In this document: positions 54,544-64,000 of the stretch, in pieces
How positions within the stretch are numbered: position 1 is the stretch's first letter
Layout: the number at the start of each line of letters is the position of its first letter
Assembly: GCA_049852185.1 (NCBI GenBank)
Contig: CP187540.1
From: Methanocaldococcus sp. 28A
GTDB taxonomy: Archaea; AGJL01; Methanococci; Methanococcales; Methanocaldococcaceae
Reading direction: 5' to 3' (one strand)
Length of the DNA stretch: 64,000 nt
Position numbers and translations under genes: made by a program
Notes under the pieces: generated by a model
Databases searched by the model: none
What the model was told of the DNA's origin: nothing
What the model saw: the letters and a program-made list of their open reading frames with translations, nothing else

Positions 54544-55143
54544 TTGTGGGTGGAGATTATGGAAATTACTTATAACATTCCTGTTTCAGAGGTTATGAGT
54601 TTTCCTGTAATTACTGCTACAAAAGACATGACAATCTATGATGTAGCAAATATAATGTCTGAAAAAAATATTGGAGCAGTTGTTATTGTAGAGAATAATA
54701 AGCCAATTGGCATATTAACAGAAAGAGATATCGTAAAAAGAGTAGTTTCAAAAAATTTAAAGCCAAAAGATGTTTTAGTAGAAGAAGTGATGAGCAAAAA
54801 AATAATTACAATTCCTCAAAATGTTTCAATCACTGAAGCGGCTAAAATAATGGCAACTCATGGAATTAAAAGATTGCCAGTTGTAAAAGATGGAGAATTG
54901 GTAGGGATAATTACTCAAAGTGACATAGTTAAAGTTTCACCAGAGTTATTAGCAATAGCTGAAGAATATGCATCAATAATACCAGAAGAAAATGACACAA
55001 TTTCATTAGATACTGATGAGTTTACAGAAGAATACATTAATGGAATATGTGAAAATTGTGGATATCAGGGAAGAGTTAGGTTATATCATGGAAGATATTT
55101 ATGTGATGAGTGTATAGAGGAATTTGAAGAAAAAGAAGAATAA
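54544..55143 (+). CDS. CBS domain protein with a C-terminal zinc ribbon
   Basis: CBS pair followed by CENC...CDEC. Confidence 0.9.
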   Translation: MWVEIMEITYNIPVSEVMSFPVITATKDMTIYDVANIMSEKNIGAVVIVENNKPIGILTERDIVKRVVSKNLKPKDVLVEEVMSKKIITIPQNVSITEAAKIMATHGIKRLPVVKDGELVGIITQSDIVKVSPELLAIAEEYASIIPEENDTISLDTDEFTEEYINGICENCGYQGRVRLYHGRYLCDECIEEFEEKEE

Positions 55144-55189
55144 AAATAAAATTTATCATAATTATAAATATTATAATATTATAATTTTA

Positions 55190-56116
55190 TCATTCATGAG
55201 CAATTCCAATAATATCCTTCAATGTTAAATTTTCCTCTTTTAAAAAGCTAATTATCTCATCACAAACTTTTTTGAATATATCATATCCTCTATAGTAAAC
55301 TCCACTTCCTATTTGAACAGCTGAAGCTCCAGCCATCATATATTCAATAGCATCCTCTCCGCTCATTATTCCTCCAACACCTATTATAGGAACATCAAAA
55401 TTTTCATACAAATCCCAAACAACTTTTATGCCTATTGGTTTTATTGCTCTTCCACTTAAACCACCAAACTTATTTCCTAAAATTGGTTTTTTTGCTCTAA
55501 TATCTATTACCATTCCTCTAACTGTGTTTATAGCCACAAGTCCATCAACTCCCGCATCCACAACTGCCTGAGCTATTTCAACAATATCTGTAACATTTGG
55601 TGTTAATTTAGCAAAAACTGGGATTTTGACAGCTTTTTTAACAGCTTTACAAATACTATAAGATAAATCTGGATTCTGTCCTATTGTAGCCCCATAACCC
55701 TTAGCATGAGGGCAGGAAATATTTAGCTCAATAATATCAACATATTTTTCCATCTTTTTAGCTACTTCAGCAAACTCTTCTTCATCCTTTCCATAAACTG
55801 AGCCAATAATTCTGACATCCATTCTATTTAATTCATCTCTAACTCTCTCTATTTCCTCCAAATACTCATCAACTCCTGGATTTGGCAGTCCCATGGCATT
55901 TAAAAAGCCACCATAAACCTCTACAATAGTTGGATTTCTATGTCCTGGATTTGAATTTAAACCAATAGATTTTGTTGTTACAGCTCCTGCCCCACCTTTA
56001 GCAATTCTTTTTAATGCACTTCCAGTCTCTCCCATTATCCCGCTTGCTAAAAAAACAGGATTTTTAAACTCTATTCCACATAAATTTGTTCTTAGCATAC
56101 ATTCCCACCTAACCAA
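55190..56116 (-). CDS. pyrD: Dihydroorotate dehydrogenase B catalytic subunit
   Basis: NAMGLPNPG, NISCPH, KLTPN and GGLSG motifs. Confidence 0.96.
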   Translation of the reverse strand: MVRWECMLRTNLCGIEFKNPVFLASGIMGETGSALKRIAKGGAGAVTTKSIGLNSNPGHRNPTIVEVYGGFLNAMGLPNPGVDEYLEEIERVRDELNRMDVRIIGSVYGKDEEEFAEVAKKMEKYVDIIELNISCPHAKGYGATIGQNPDLSYSICKAVKKAVKIPVFAKLTPNVTDIVEIAQAVVDAGVDGLVAINTVRGMVIDIRAKKPILGNKFGGLSGRAIKPIGIKVVWDLYENFDVPIIGVGGIMSGEDAIEYMMAGASAVQIGSGVYYRGYDIFKKVCDEIISFLKEENLTLKDIIGIAHE

Positions 56117-56300
56117 AAGTTTTAAATACTAATTCTTATGGTATAATGATATTAAATTTTTGATGATAAATTGTAGTTTCTATAGAGAATAAACTAAAAA
56201 ATTTATTATAGTTTTAAAAATATACTGCGATTTTTTGTAATGATAAAACAGTCAATTCTAATACTATCAAAATTCAATATTATTAAAAGGTGAGCTAAAC

Positions 56301-56573
56301 ATGCCAGCACCAAGATACAGGTCAAGGTCATATAGAAGAATTTATAGAAGAACCCCAGGAGGAAGAATAGTTATCCATTATAAGAGAAGAAAACCAAACA
56401 AAGCAAAATGTGCAGTATGTGGAGCTGAATTACACGGAGTTCCAAGAGGAAGACCAGTTGAGATAAGAAAATTACCAAAATCACAGAGAAGACCTGAGAG
56501 ACCTTATGGAGGCTACTTATGCCCAAGATGCTTAAAGAGATTAATGATTCAGAAAGCAAGAAACATAAAGTAA
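56301..56573 (+). CDS. rpl34e: 50S ribosomal protein L34e
   Basis: RRTPGGR and [11 protein letters not shown] motifs. Confidence 0.97.
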   Translation: MPAPRYRSRSYRRIYRRTPGGRIVIHYKRRKPNKAKCAVCGAELHGVPRGRPVEIRKLPKSQRRPERPYGGYLCPRCLKRLMIQKARNIK

Positions 56574-56628
56574 AATTTATATAATAAAAGATTGTATAAT
56601 GGTTAATCCATTTTGAATGGGTGAATAA

Positions 56629-57174
56629 ATGATAATCACTATTGGGGGGCTACCAGGGACAGGGACTACAACAATTGCAAAGATGATAGCAGAGAAATAC
56701 AACCTTAAACATGTATGTGCAGGATTTATTTTTAGGGAAATGGCAAAAGAAATGGGCATGGACTTGCAAGAATTTAGTAAGTATGCAGAACAGCATAAAG
56801 AAGTTGATGAAGAGATTGATAGGAGGCAAGTAGAAATAGCAAAGCAGGGAAATGTTGTATTAGAAGGTAGATTGGCAGCATGGATGCTTTTAAAAAATGG
56901 AATTAGGCCAGATTTGACAATCTGGTTTAAAGCCCCCCTTGAAGTTAGAGCTGAAAGAATTAGCATGAGAGAAAGTGTAGATAAAGACATTGCTTTAAAA
57001 AAGATGATTGAGAGAGAAAAAAGTGAGAAAAAAAGATATAAAGAAATTTATAATATAGATTTAGATGACTTATCCATTTATGATTTAGTTATTGATACTT
57101 CAAAATGGGATGTAGAGGGAGTGTTTAATATTGTCTCCTCAGCCATCGATAATTTAGCTAAAAAACAAATTTAA
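56629..57174 (+). CDS. cmk: Cytidylate kinase
   Basis: [15 protein letters not shown] and EGRLA motifs. Confidence 0.93.
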   Translation: MIITIGGLPGTGTTTIAKMIAEKYNLKHVCAGFIFREMAKEMGMDLQEFSKYAEQHKEVDEEIDRRQVEIAKQGNVVLEGRLAAWMLLKNGIRPDLTIWFKAPLEVRAERISMRESVDKDIALKKMIEREKSEKKRYKEIYNIDLDDLSIYDLVIDTSKWDVEGVFNIVSSAIDNLAKKQI

Positions 57175-57256
57175 AGAGGAGCAATATTAAACCTCCCTCA
57201 TTGGAGGATGAGTTGTGATTCGCGAGAGTCACAACAACAAAAATGAGGTGAGGTAA

Positions 57257-57499
57257 ATGCCAGCTATTGAGGTAGGAAGAGTCTGTATAAAAACAGCAGG
57301 AAGAGAAGCAGGAAAAGTTTGTGTTATTGTAGATATCTTAGACAAAAACTTTGTTATAGTTGATGGATTAGTTAAGAGGAGAAGATGCAATATAAAACAC
57401 TTAGAACCTACAGAGAAAAAAGTTGATATTAAGCCAGGAGCTTCAACAGAAGAGGTTAAATTAGCTTTAGATACTGCTGGATTGTTAAAAGAAGAATAA
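57257..57499 (+). CDS. rpl14e: 50S ribosomal protein L14e
   Basis: [15 protein letters not shown] motif. Confidence 0.96.
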   Translation: MPAIEVGRVCIKTAGREAGKVCVIVDILDKNFVIVDGLVKRRRCNIKHLEPTEKKVDIKPGASTEEVKLALDTAGLLKEE

Positions 57500-57633
57500 A
57501 TCTATTTATCTTTTTTTTATTTATTGAACATTACATTAGTTAATATGAATTTATAAATGTAGAATTCTTAAATAGCATGGAATAAAAATTTTTATAGTAA
57601 AATATAGTAAAATAATTTTTTAGGTGGACTTTT

Positions 57634-58587
57634 ATGCTATTCAATATCTTTAAAAAATCTAAAAAGAGATTGGATGAATTTTTAGATGAAAATAAAGACA
57701 AAGTTTTAACATTAGAGTTAAATAGCAAAGTTGATTGTTTATGTGACTTCACTTACAACTTTATATGGCAAAGTAAATTTAATCCAGAAACCAAAATAAA
57801 AGATAATATCTCTTTCAAAACCCTTGTAGAGCATTTAAAAAATAAAGGAATAGTATATATAAAAGGAGATGTAGGGAAGAGATTTTGCTCTTCCATGGGT
57901 GTTGATTTAAAATATTTTGGTGGAAGTGGAGGAAGGATAAATGTAGGGACGGTTATTGTAGATGGAGACGTTGATACGAGATTTGGAATAAGTATGTTAT
58001 CTGGAACTGTCTATATCAATGAAAAAAATAATATAAAAGAACCTATGGGGAATATTATTGAAGTTGAGAGTGATATAAAAGGCTATAGAAAATTTATATC
58101 TATAACGGAGTTTGTTGAATATAGATATAGAGATGAAAAACTCTTAAAGCCAAATAAATTTGATAAAAATAAGGGAATTTTAGAAATTAATGATAAAATA
58201 AAAAGAGATACTGTTGGAGCAAGATTGAATGAAGATAAAACAATAGTAGTTAATGGAGATGTTGATTTATCCACAGGAATTTTAATGAAAAATGGTAAAG
58301 TTATTGTAAATGGAAATGCTGGAAAAAATACTGGGGCTGTTTTAAATGGTGGAACTGTTATAATTAATGGAGATACTAATGATTTTACAGGTTTTGAAAT
58401 GAAAGAGGGAGTAATAGTTGTTGATGGATATGCTGGAAAGTATTTAGGTGCCAAAAAGAAAGGTGGAATTATATATGCAAGAGATGGAAAAGAAGTTCCT
58501 CCAACAAAAAAATATAATTTAGATAGTGAAGATATTAAGTTCTTAAAAAGTTTAGGTTATACAGGAAAGTTTTACAAATTTATATAA
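57634..58587 (+). CDS. FwdC/GXGXG beta-helix protein
   Basis: Repeated I.V.GD/GN...G..M..G units. Confidence 0.8.
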   Translation: MLFNIFKKSKKRLDEFLDENKDKVLTLELNSKVDCLCDFTYNFIWQSKFNPETKIKDNISFKTLVEHLKNKGIVYIKGDVGKRFCSSMGVDLKYFGGSGGRINVGTVIVDGDVDTRFGISMLSGTVYINEKNNIKEPMGNIIEVESDIKGYRKFISITEFVEYRYRDEKLLKPNKFDKNKGILEINDKIKRDTVGARLNEDKTIVVNGDVDLSTGILMKNGKVIVNGNAGKNTGAVLNGGTVIINGDTNDFTGFEMKEGVIVVDGYAGKYLGAKKKGGIIYARDGKEVPPTKKYNLDSEDIKFLKSLGYTGKFYKFI

Positions 58588-58657
58588 ATTCTTTAAATTT
58601 TTCTAAAAGGAGTAAAAAGAGTATTAAAAGGTTTAGCTAAACCTTAATATTTGTGTT

Positions 58658-58909
58658 TTAAATTTTCTCTGCAAATGCAAACTTGCTTTTTACCGCTGTT
58701 ATTCTTATATTAACTTTATCTCCTTTTTGAGTTTCAGGGACAAAGACAACAAATCCTTCAACTCTTGCTATTCCGTCTCCGCCTCTACCCATATCTTCAA
58801 TTGTAACACTGTAGGTTTCGCCTTCTTTAACTGGAACATTTTTTCTAATTTCATTATTTCTTACATTTCTTCTTCCTTTATTATTAAATCCTTTATTATT
58901 ATTAAACAT
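58658..58909 (-). CDS. Single TRAM domain protein (RNA chaperone)
   Basis: PVKEGE...[15 protein letters not shown]. Confidence 0.92.
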   Translation of the reverse strand: MFNNNKGFNNKGRRNVRNNEIRKNVPVKEGETYSVTIEDMGRGGDGIARVEGFVVFVPETQKGDKVNIRITAVKSKFAFAEKI

Positions 58910-59339
58910 TCAATTCACCAAATTTCAAAGTAGTATTCATCGCATTTCGCTCAATATCAATGTTGTCAAAAGGGGTATAAATACTTATGGATGTGTAAAT
59001 ATTTTTATATTTTTACACAACTAATGGAAAATTATATTTTTTAATTATTAGATTTTTTAATTTTACTTTCTTGCTTTTATATACCCCTGCCTTAATTTTG
59101 ATACTAGAAAATTGATAAAAAGTATTACTAATTTTTTCTAAGGAAAATTTTTGTTTTAATTAAATATCATTTATTTACTTTTATTTTGTATGTTTTAGAG
59201 TTAGATAAAACATATTTTATATGAAACAAGGTTTTATTATTGAGATTTTTATTTATGGTTGTGCATTTTATTTATAAAGAGTTTGCACAATCTTTCTTAC
59301 TCTTATAAAGGTTTCAATAATTGGGCAGTCAGAAAAATC

Positions 59340-59399
59340 GATGTTAAAAAGAAAGATTTATATAGGAGTTTGTGTATTAAATAGGTGATAGTTGGTAGG
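59340..59399 (+). promoter_or_regulatory. CRISPR leader/promoter
   Basis: BRE/TATA-like GAAAGATTTATATA ~40 bp before the first repeat. Confidence 0.6.
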
Positions 59400-59667
59400 G
59401 TTTGAATCGTTAGTCCATTAAAACAAGGATGGAAACTATGTCCAATTGTGGTTGATTAATTACATAATGAAAAGTTTGAATCGTTAGTCCATTAAAACAA
59501 GGATGGAAACTTTAAATACACTTCGTAATCTACTTTGATGTCATTAATTGAAGTATCGTTTGAATCGTTAGTCCATTAAAACAAGGATGGAAACACGATT
59601 AATAAAATTGCTTTTCTGATATAAAAATTTGTTTGAATCGTTAGTCCATTAAAATAAGGATGGAAAC
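59400..59667 (+). CRISPR. CRISPR array with four 37-bp repeats and 3 spacers (37, 47 and 36 bp)
   Basis: GTTTGAATCGTTAGTCCATTAAAACAAGGATGGAAAC at 59400, 59474, 59558 and 59631 (the last has 1 mismatch). Confidence 0.96.
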
Positions 59668-59684
59668 AAACTAATAAATGAAAA

Positions 59685-60227
59685 CTATTTTATCCTATAT
59701 TTTAAAGATATTTCCAATAACCTCTCTTTAGCTTTTTTAAACTCTTCTTCATCAACACTCTCCTCAAATCCTAAATACTTCAAAACAAGCTCAGCGTATT
59801 TAAAATATTCATCATCAACTCTATCCTCTCCCAAATAAAGTCCCCTACAATTTCTTAAAAACCATATATCATAGGTTAATGTTAATTTCCCATTTTTTAG
59901 TTGAACAGAATATGGCCTAAGCCTACAAATTAAAGGTCTGGCTTCATAAATTTTACATTTTTTGGTTTTTTTGTCTAAAAATATACATTTTCCTCCAACC
60001 TCTTTAAGTTCTCCAATATATCCATTAAAAAATCCAACATATTTTTTAAAAACTTCAGAAAGAGGAATTTTTAAATATCCAGCTATTTTTGCTAAATCCT
60101 TTTTTGTAACTGTTGGTGCATCACAACAAAACCCACATTTTATGCAGTGATAAGCTATTCCTCCTAAATAAACATCAAACTTTATTTTGTCTTTCTTATT
60201 ATTTTTCATGTTTATCACACTTCCCAC
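59685..60227 (-). CDS. YkgJ-family Cys-cluster protein
   Basis: CIKCGFCC...CIFL...CKIYEARPLICR. Confidence 0.9.
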   Translation of the reverse strand: MGSVINMKNNKKDKIKFDVYLGGIAYHCIKCGFCCDAPTVTKKDLAKIAGYLKIPLSEVFKKYVGFFNGYIGELKEVGGKCIFLDKKTKKCKIYEARPLICRLRPYSVQLKNGKLTLTYDIWFLRNCRGLYLGEDRVDDEYFKYAELVLKYLGFEESVDEEEFKKAKERLLEISLKYRIK

Positions 60228-60909
60228 ATAATATACATGGCTTTATATCTCCAGCTAAAAAATCTAATGCTCTACTAATCTCTAAATGAATAGTTTTAGG
60301 GAATTTATATATAGCATAGCCATATAAAATTCCTGTAATAATATCAACAATCCAGTGCATTCCCATAATTAATGTTGAAATTGGAATTAAAACTGCTAAT
60401 GCAAAGTAAATATAATTTAAAAATTTTTCATCTTTAAAATGTAGTGCCAATAAAAAAGAATATGCTGTATGTAGTGAAGGAATTTCATAAGTGGGCTTAG
60501 TAAATATCCAAAAAAAATGATTATCTATTAAATCCTTAGCAACACCAACCTGAAAAGGAGATTGAACAACAATAATTGTATAAATTAATCCTGCAAATAG
60601 CCATCCTAAAGCTAAATCAACTAAAATAATATCACTCTTTAAAAAATTTTTCTTTATAAACAAATAATAAGCAATTCCTCCAACAATCATAAAAGAGAAT
60701 CCATATAAATAAATAATTTTAAAAAACTCAATAATAATTGGTGGTAATGACTGTAAAACTATGTAAAATTCTTTATTGCATAATGGGAGTTTTAATAACA
60801 AATTGGTTACATCAATTGGTTCTATAATTTGGGAATACCACATTAATCCTCCCCACATAATATAAGCGATAGGATAAACAGCTAATCTAACTAAAATTCT
60901 TTTATCCAC
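60199..60909 (-). CDS. PAP2-family membrane phosphoesterase
   Basis: PSLH and HWIVD motifs; likely start is GTG at 60909 after a GGTGA RBS, not the ORF-track start at 60987. Confidence 0.8.
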   Translation of the reverse strand: MDKRILVRLAVYPIAYIMWGGLMWYSQIIEPIDVTNLLLKLPLCNKEFYIVLQSLPPIIIEFFKIIYLYGFSFMIVGGIAYYLFIKKNFLKSDIILVDLALGWLFAGLIYTIIVVQSPFQVGVAKDLIDNHFFWIFTKPTYEIPSLHTAYSFLLALHFKDEKFLNYIYFALAVLIPISTLIMGMHWIVDIITGILYGYAIYKFPKTIHLEISRALDFLAGDIKPCILCGKCDKHEK

Positions 60910-60934
60910 ACTATCACCATATTGAGGTGGTATT

Positions 60935-62410
60935 ATTAAATTCTTAGAAGTAATTACTGATTTTTTAGAGAAAAACGTAAAAACCATATTTTCCTATCCA
61001 GGAGAGCAAATATTGCCGTTGTATAATGAAATAAATGGAAGTAATATAAAAAATATTATGGTTAGAGATGAGAGAGGAGCTGGCTTCATGGCTGACGGTT
61101 ATGCAAGAATAACCAACTATATTGGAGTTTGCTTAGTAACTGCTGGTCCTGGAAGCACAAATTTAACAACACCAATAGCTAATGCATATAAAGATAACTC
61201 CTCAGTATTGGCAATTACTGGAAGATGCCAAAAAAAATATATTGGAAAAAATTACTTCCAAGAAATAAATATGGATTTTTTAAACTTTTACAAGGGATAT
61301 TTTGTTGATAATGCAGATATAAACTATATTGTTGATGCATTCAATAATTGCTTAACTAATAAAAAACCTGTTCAGCTAAATATCCCAGTTGACTTATATA
61401 AAGAAGAAACAAAAGATATAAATACAAATGCATATATAGATATAAATAAGGACGATAATGAAGATACCTTAAATAATATAAATGAGATTAATGCTAAAAA
61501 ACCACTATTTTTAATTGGACAAGGGATATTTGGAACTTTAAGTTATAAAGAAATGTTAAAAATATCAAAAATACTGCAGAAAATAAATTGTCCTATAGCC
61601 ACAACATTTCCTGCAAGAGGTGTAATTGACGAAACATACAATAATTGCATTGGTTTAGTTGGTAGGAGAGGAGATTTAAAATCTTTATTAGGGGCAGATA
61701 AGATAATAAATATTGGTTCTTCATTATCTTACAATACCTATGTAGAGAGTGTTAGGAAAAAACTTTTAAGTAAAACCTTAACTATAAATCTGAAACCAAA
61801 AAATATCAAAGAGTTAAAAGAATTTTTTGATAATTTGAATGTAGAAAATAACAATTTTATAAATAAAAATAGCAACAAATTTTCTCCCTGTGGAGATTAT
61901 TCAAGTAAAATTAATGAAATTATTAAAAATATTCCAGAAGATTCTATAATAGTAACAGATGCTGGCAAACATACGGTATTTACATGTTTATTAAAAACCT
62001 GTGTTATTCCAAGAAATATTATTTCCTCTCACTCATTTGGAGCTATGGGTTTTGGCTTGCCTGCAACTATTGGAGTTAAATTTGGAACTATTGATTTTAA
62101 CATTGATAGAGAAGTTGTGTTAATTAGTGGGGATGGAGGATTTTTGATGAATATAGAGGAGCTTCAAGTAGTTTCTGAATATAATTTAAAAATCTTAATG
62201 GCTGTGTTTAAAAATAACAGCTTGGCTGAGTTTTGTAAAATAAAGAATCCTAACTTTAACAAAATAGCTGATGCCTTTGGAATTGATAATTGTTACATTG
62301 AAAAAGCTGATGAAATTAGCTCAACAATTAAAGATTATCTAAAAAAGGATAAGCCTTTGTTAATGGTTGTTGAGACAAAAAACGAACCATTACCAAAACC
62401 AAATATATAA
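60935..62410 (+). CDS. Thiamine-pyrophosphate enzyme, acetolactate synthase large subunit-like
   Basis: FSYPGEQ, RDERGAGFMADGYAR, GPG and GDGG motifs; the frame is open back to ATT at 60935 after a GAGGTG RBS. Confidence 0.88.
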   Translation: MKFLEVITDFLEKNVKTIFSYPGEQILPLYNEINGSNIKNIMVRDERGAGFMADGYARITNYIGVCLVTAGPGSTNLTTPIANAYKDNSSVLAITGRCQKKYIGKNYFQEINMDFLNFYKGYFVDNADINYIVDAFNNCLTNKKPVQLNIPVDLYKEETKDINTNAYIDINKDDNEDTLNNINEINAKKPLFLIGQGIFGTLSYKEMLKISKILQKINCPIATTFPARGVIDETYNNCIGLVGRRGDLKSLLGADKIINIGSSLSYNTYVESVRKKLLSKTLTINLKPKNIKELKEFFDNLNVENNNFINKNSNKFSPCGDYSSKINEIIKNIPEDSIIVTDAGKHTVFTCLLKTCVIPRNIISSHSFGAMGFGLPATIGVKFGTIDFNIDREVVLISGDGGFLMNIEELQVVSEYNLKILMAVFKNNSLAEFCKIKNPNFNKIADAFGIDNCYIEKADEISSTIKDYLKKDKPLLMVVETKNEPLPKPNI

Positions 62411-62461
62411 TTAATAATTTAGCACATATGGTTTTAAAAATTTAAATTTCGGAGGGATAGT

Positions 62462-63334
62462 ATGGAAGAAACTTTAAATGAGTTATTTAAAATTTTATCA
62501 AAAGATTTACACTTTAATGCTACTAAATTAAACTCTGAAACTTATGAACAAAATTGGAAAGTCCCAGAAGGATTTATTTCAATAATAGGACTTGAAAATG
62601 CTAAAATGCCTGTATTTTATTATGGAATAACAAACACATATAAAAAAGAGTTTGAAATTAAAAAAATAGTTACACCAAAAGGGCAAAAACAAGTTTTTTC
62701 AAGAATCTACTATATTTTTGATAGAAGAGATATTATTGAAAAAGAAAAATATGTCGTTGCAAATGCATTTAATGGGCTCTTATTAGTTATAGAATTTAAT
62801 AAAAAGGAGTTCATTGAAAAAGCTATTGATATGCTAACAAAAGGTTATGAAGAAGATAAATTCATTAGAGAAGTTATTAATAATATAAAAGAAAAGAATA
62901 TGTTCGACACTATTGAAGAAACTATAAGATTTATAGCCAATAGAGATTACAATTGGTTAATTGGAAGAATAAAATACAATATGGGAATTTTAAAATATTC
63001 TGGGCAAGGTTACTATTTGCTTCCAATAAAAACAAATATGCAAATAACTCCAGGAATAAAAATCAATAATGGGAAAGTTATAATCGATTTAGAAAACTCT
63101 CATCTATTTAAAAACTTTATTGTGTATGTAGATACTATAAACAATAAAATAATTTACAACAAAGAGAGACTTTGTAATAAAAACCCAGCTATATTGGATA
63201 TAATGTCAAAGATAGATGATAACACTTGTCCATGGTGTGGAGCTAAGTTGAGAGTAGTTAGAACAAGAAAAGGAGAATTCTTAGGATGTACAAATTATCC
63301 AAAGTGTTTGTATAGGAGATTTCCAAAGAAATAA
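62462..63334 (+). CDS. Hypothetical protein with a C-terminal topoisomerase-type C4 zinc finger
   Basis: CPWCG...GEFLGCTNYPKC. Confidence 0.85.
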   Translation: MEETLNELFKILSKDLHFNATKLNSETYEQNWKVPEGFISIIGLENAKMPVFYYGITNTYKKEFEIKKIVTPKGQKQVFSRIYYIFDRRDIIEKEKYVVANAFNGLLLVIEFNKKEFIEKAIDMLTKGYEEDKFIREVINNIKEKNMFDTIEETIRFIANRDYNWLIGRIKYNMGILKYSGQGYYLLPIKTNMQITPGIKINNGKVIIDLENSHLFKNFIVYVDTINNKIIYNKERLCNKNPAILDIMSKIDDNTCPWCGAKLRVVRTRKGEFLGCTNYPKCLYRRFPKK

Positions 63335-63341
63335 TTTAATA

Positions 63342-64000
63342 TTATCTCTTTAAATAACTGTAAACTTTTTCAAACATCAAATCAGTTGGGTCTTCTAACT
63401 CAATAACTTCAAGTTTTTTTCCTAAGTTATCTTCAACATAATTTATAATTTCCTTAACATCATTTGTATGAATCATTCTATTTTTTTCAATTAGATATTT
63501 ATCAACTCCAAGCAACTCTTGAGGATAACAGGATATTGTAGGGACTCCAAGAATAGCACTCTCCCTATTCATTGTTCCTCCAGCACCAATCATGAAATCA
63601 GAGTTATACAATAAAGAGAGAGCATCTATTGTTTCATTTGGAACAATAACATTAAGCTCTTTATATATATATTTTTGATTTTCATTTCTTGGAAATACAA
63701 CTATATTACAATCAATTCTCTTTTGAAGCTCTTTAATAATCACTGGCAAAATACCCTTATGCCCATTACAATAGGAAGAGTTTGGGCAAGGTCTCATAAC
63801 TATTGTTGGATTATTATTTAAAATTCCCAATTTTTTTAAAATTTCATTGTCTATTGGATAATATCCCTTTAACCTTGAATTTACATTTGCCATCTCACAT
63901 GTTCCATCAAAATTTACAAAATTTCTTCCTCCAATATCTCTCAACTTATTTTCATCTGTTGCTATTGGCTTAATAATCTCATCTACCAATGGAAGAGTTA
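63342..64000 (-). CDS. DUF354 family glycosyltransferase-like protein (5' part outside the window)
   Basis: GAGGTMNRESAILGVPTIS motif. Confidence 0.85.
   Translation of the reverse strand, partial: TLPLVDEIIKPIATDENKLRDIGGRNFVNFDGTCEMANVNSRLKGYYPIDNEILKKLGILNNNPTIVMRPCPNSSYCNGHKGILPVIIKELQKRIDCNIVVFPRNENQKYIYKELNVIVPNETIDALSLLYNSDFMIGAGGTMNRESAILGVPTISCYPQELLGVDKYLIEKNRMIHTNDVKEIINYVEDNLGKKLEVIELEDPTDLMFEKVYSYLKR

Overview
AT-rich archaeal genome segment. Gene content and order match Methanocaldococcus (recalled M. jannaschii blocks MJ0884-0860, MJ1316-1313, MJ0671-0669, MJ0494-0499 and MJ0653-0665). It is mostly housekeeping and methanogen genes (rfcL, argF, cfbC/nflH, fsr, radA, hdrBC, fni, idsA, selB, hjc, leuC, ftsY, pyrD and others), with 8 tRNAs, an orphan 4-repeat CRISPR array and a tRNA-His-linked integrase remnant. 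The mobilome is densely nested. It includes an intact IS701-type element and ~90-bp MITEs that share its ends, one of them inserted in frame in a DEAD-box helicase. There is also a GG-bounded IS607-type TnpB element with an altered RuvC-III motif and a separate TnpB-less copy of its omegaRNA-like end. Palindromic elements flanked by 35-43-bp gene-preserving duplications occur twice. The most unusual signal is a family of four 46-48-bp hairpin micro-insertions seen only inside other mobile elements. All calls come from reading the sequence and from recalled family knowledge; no searches were run.
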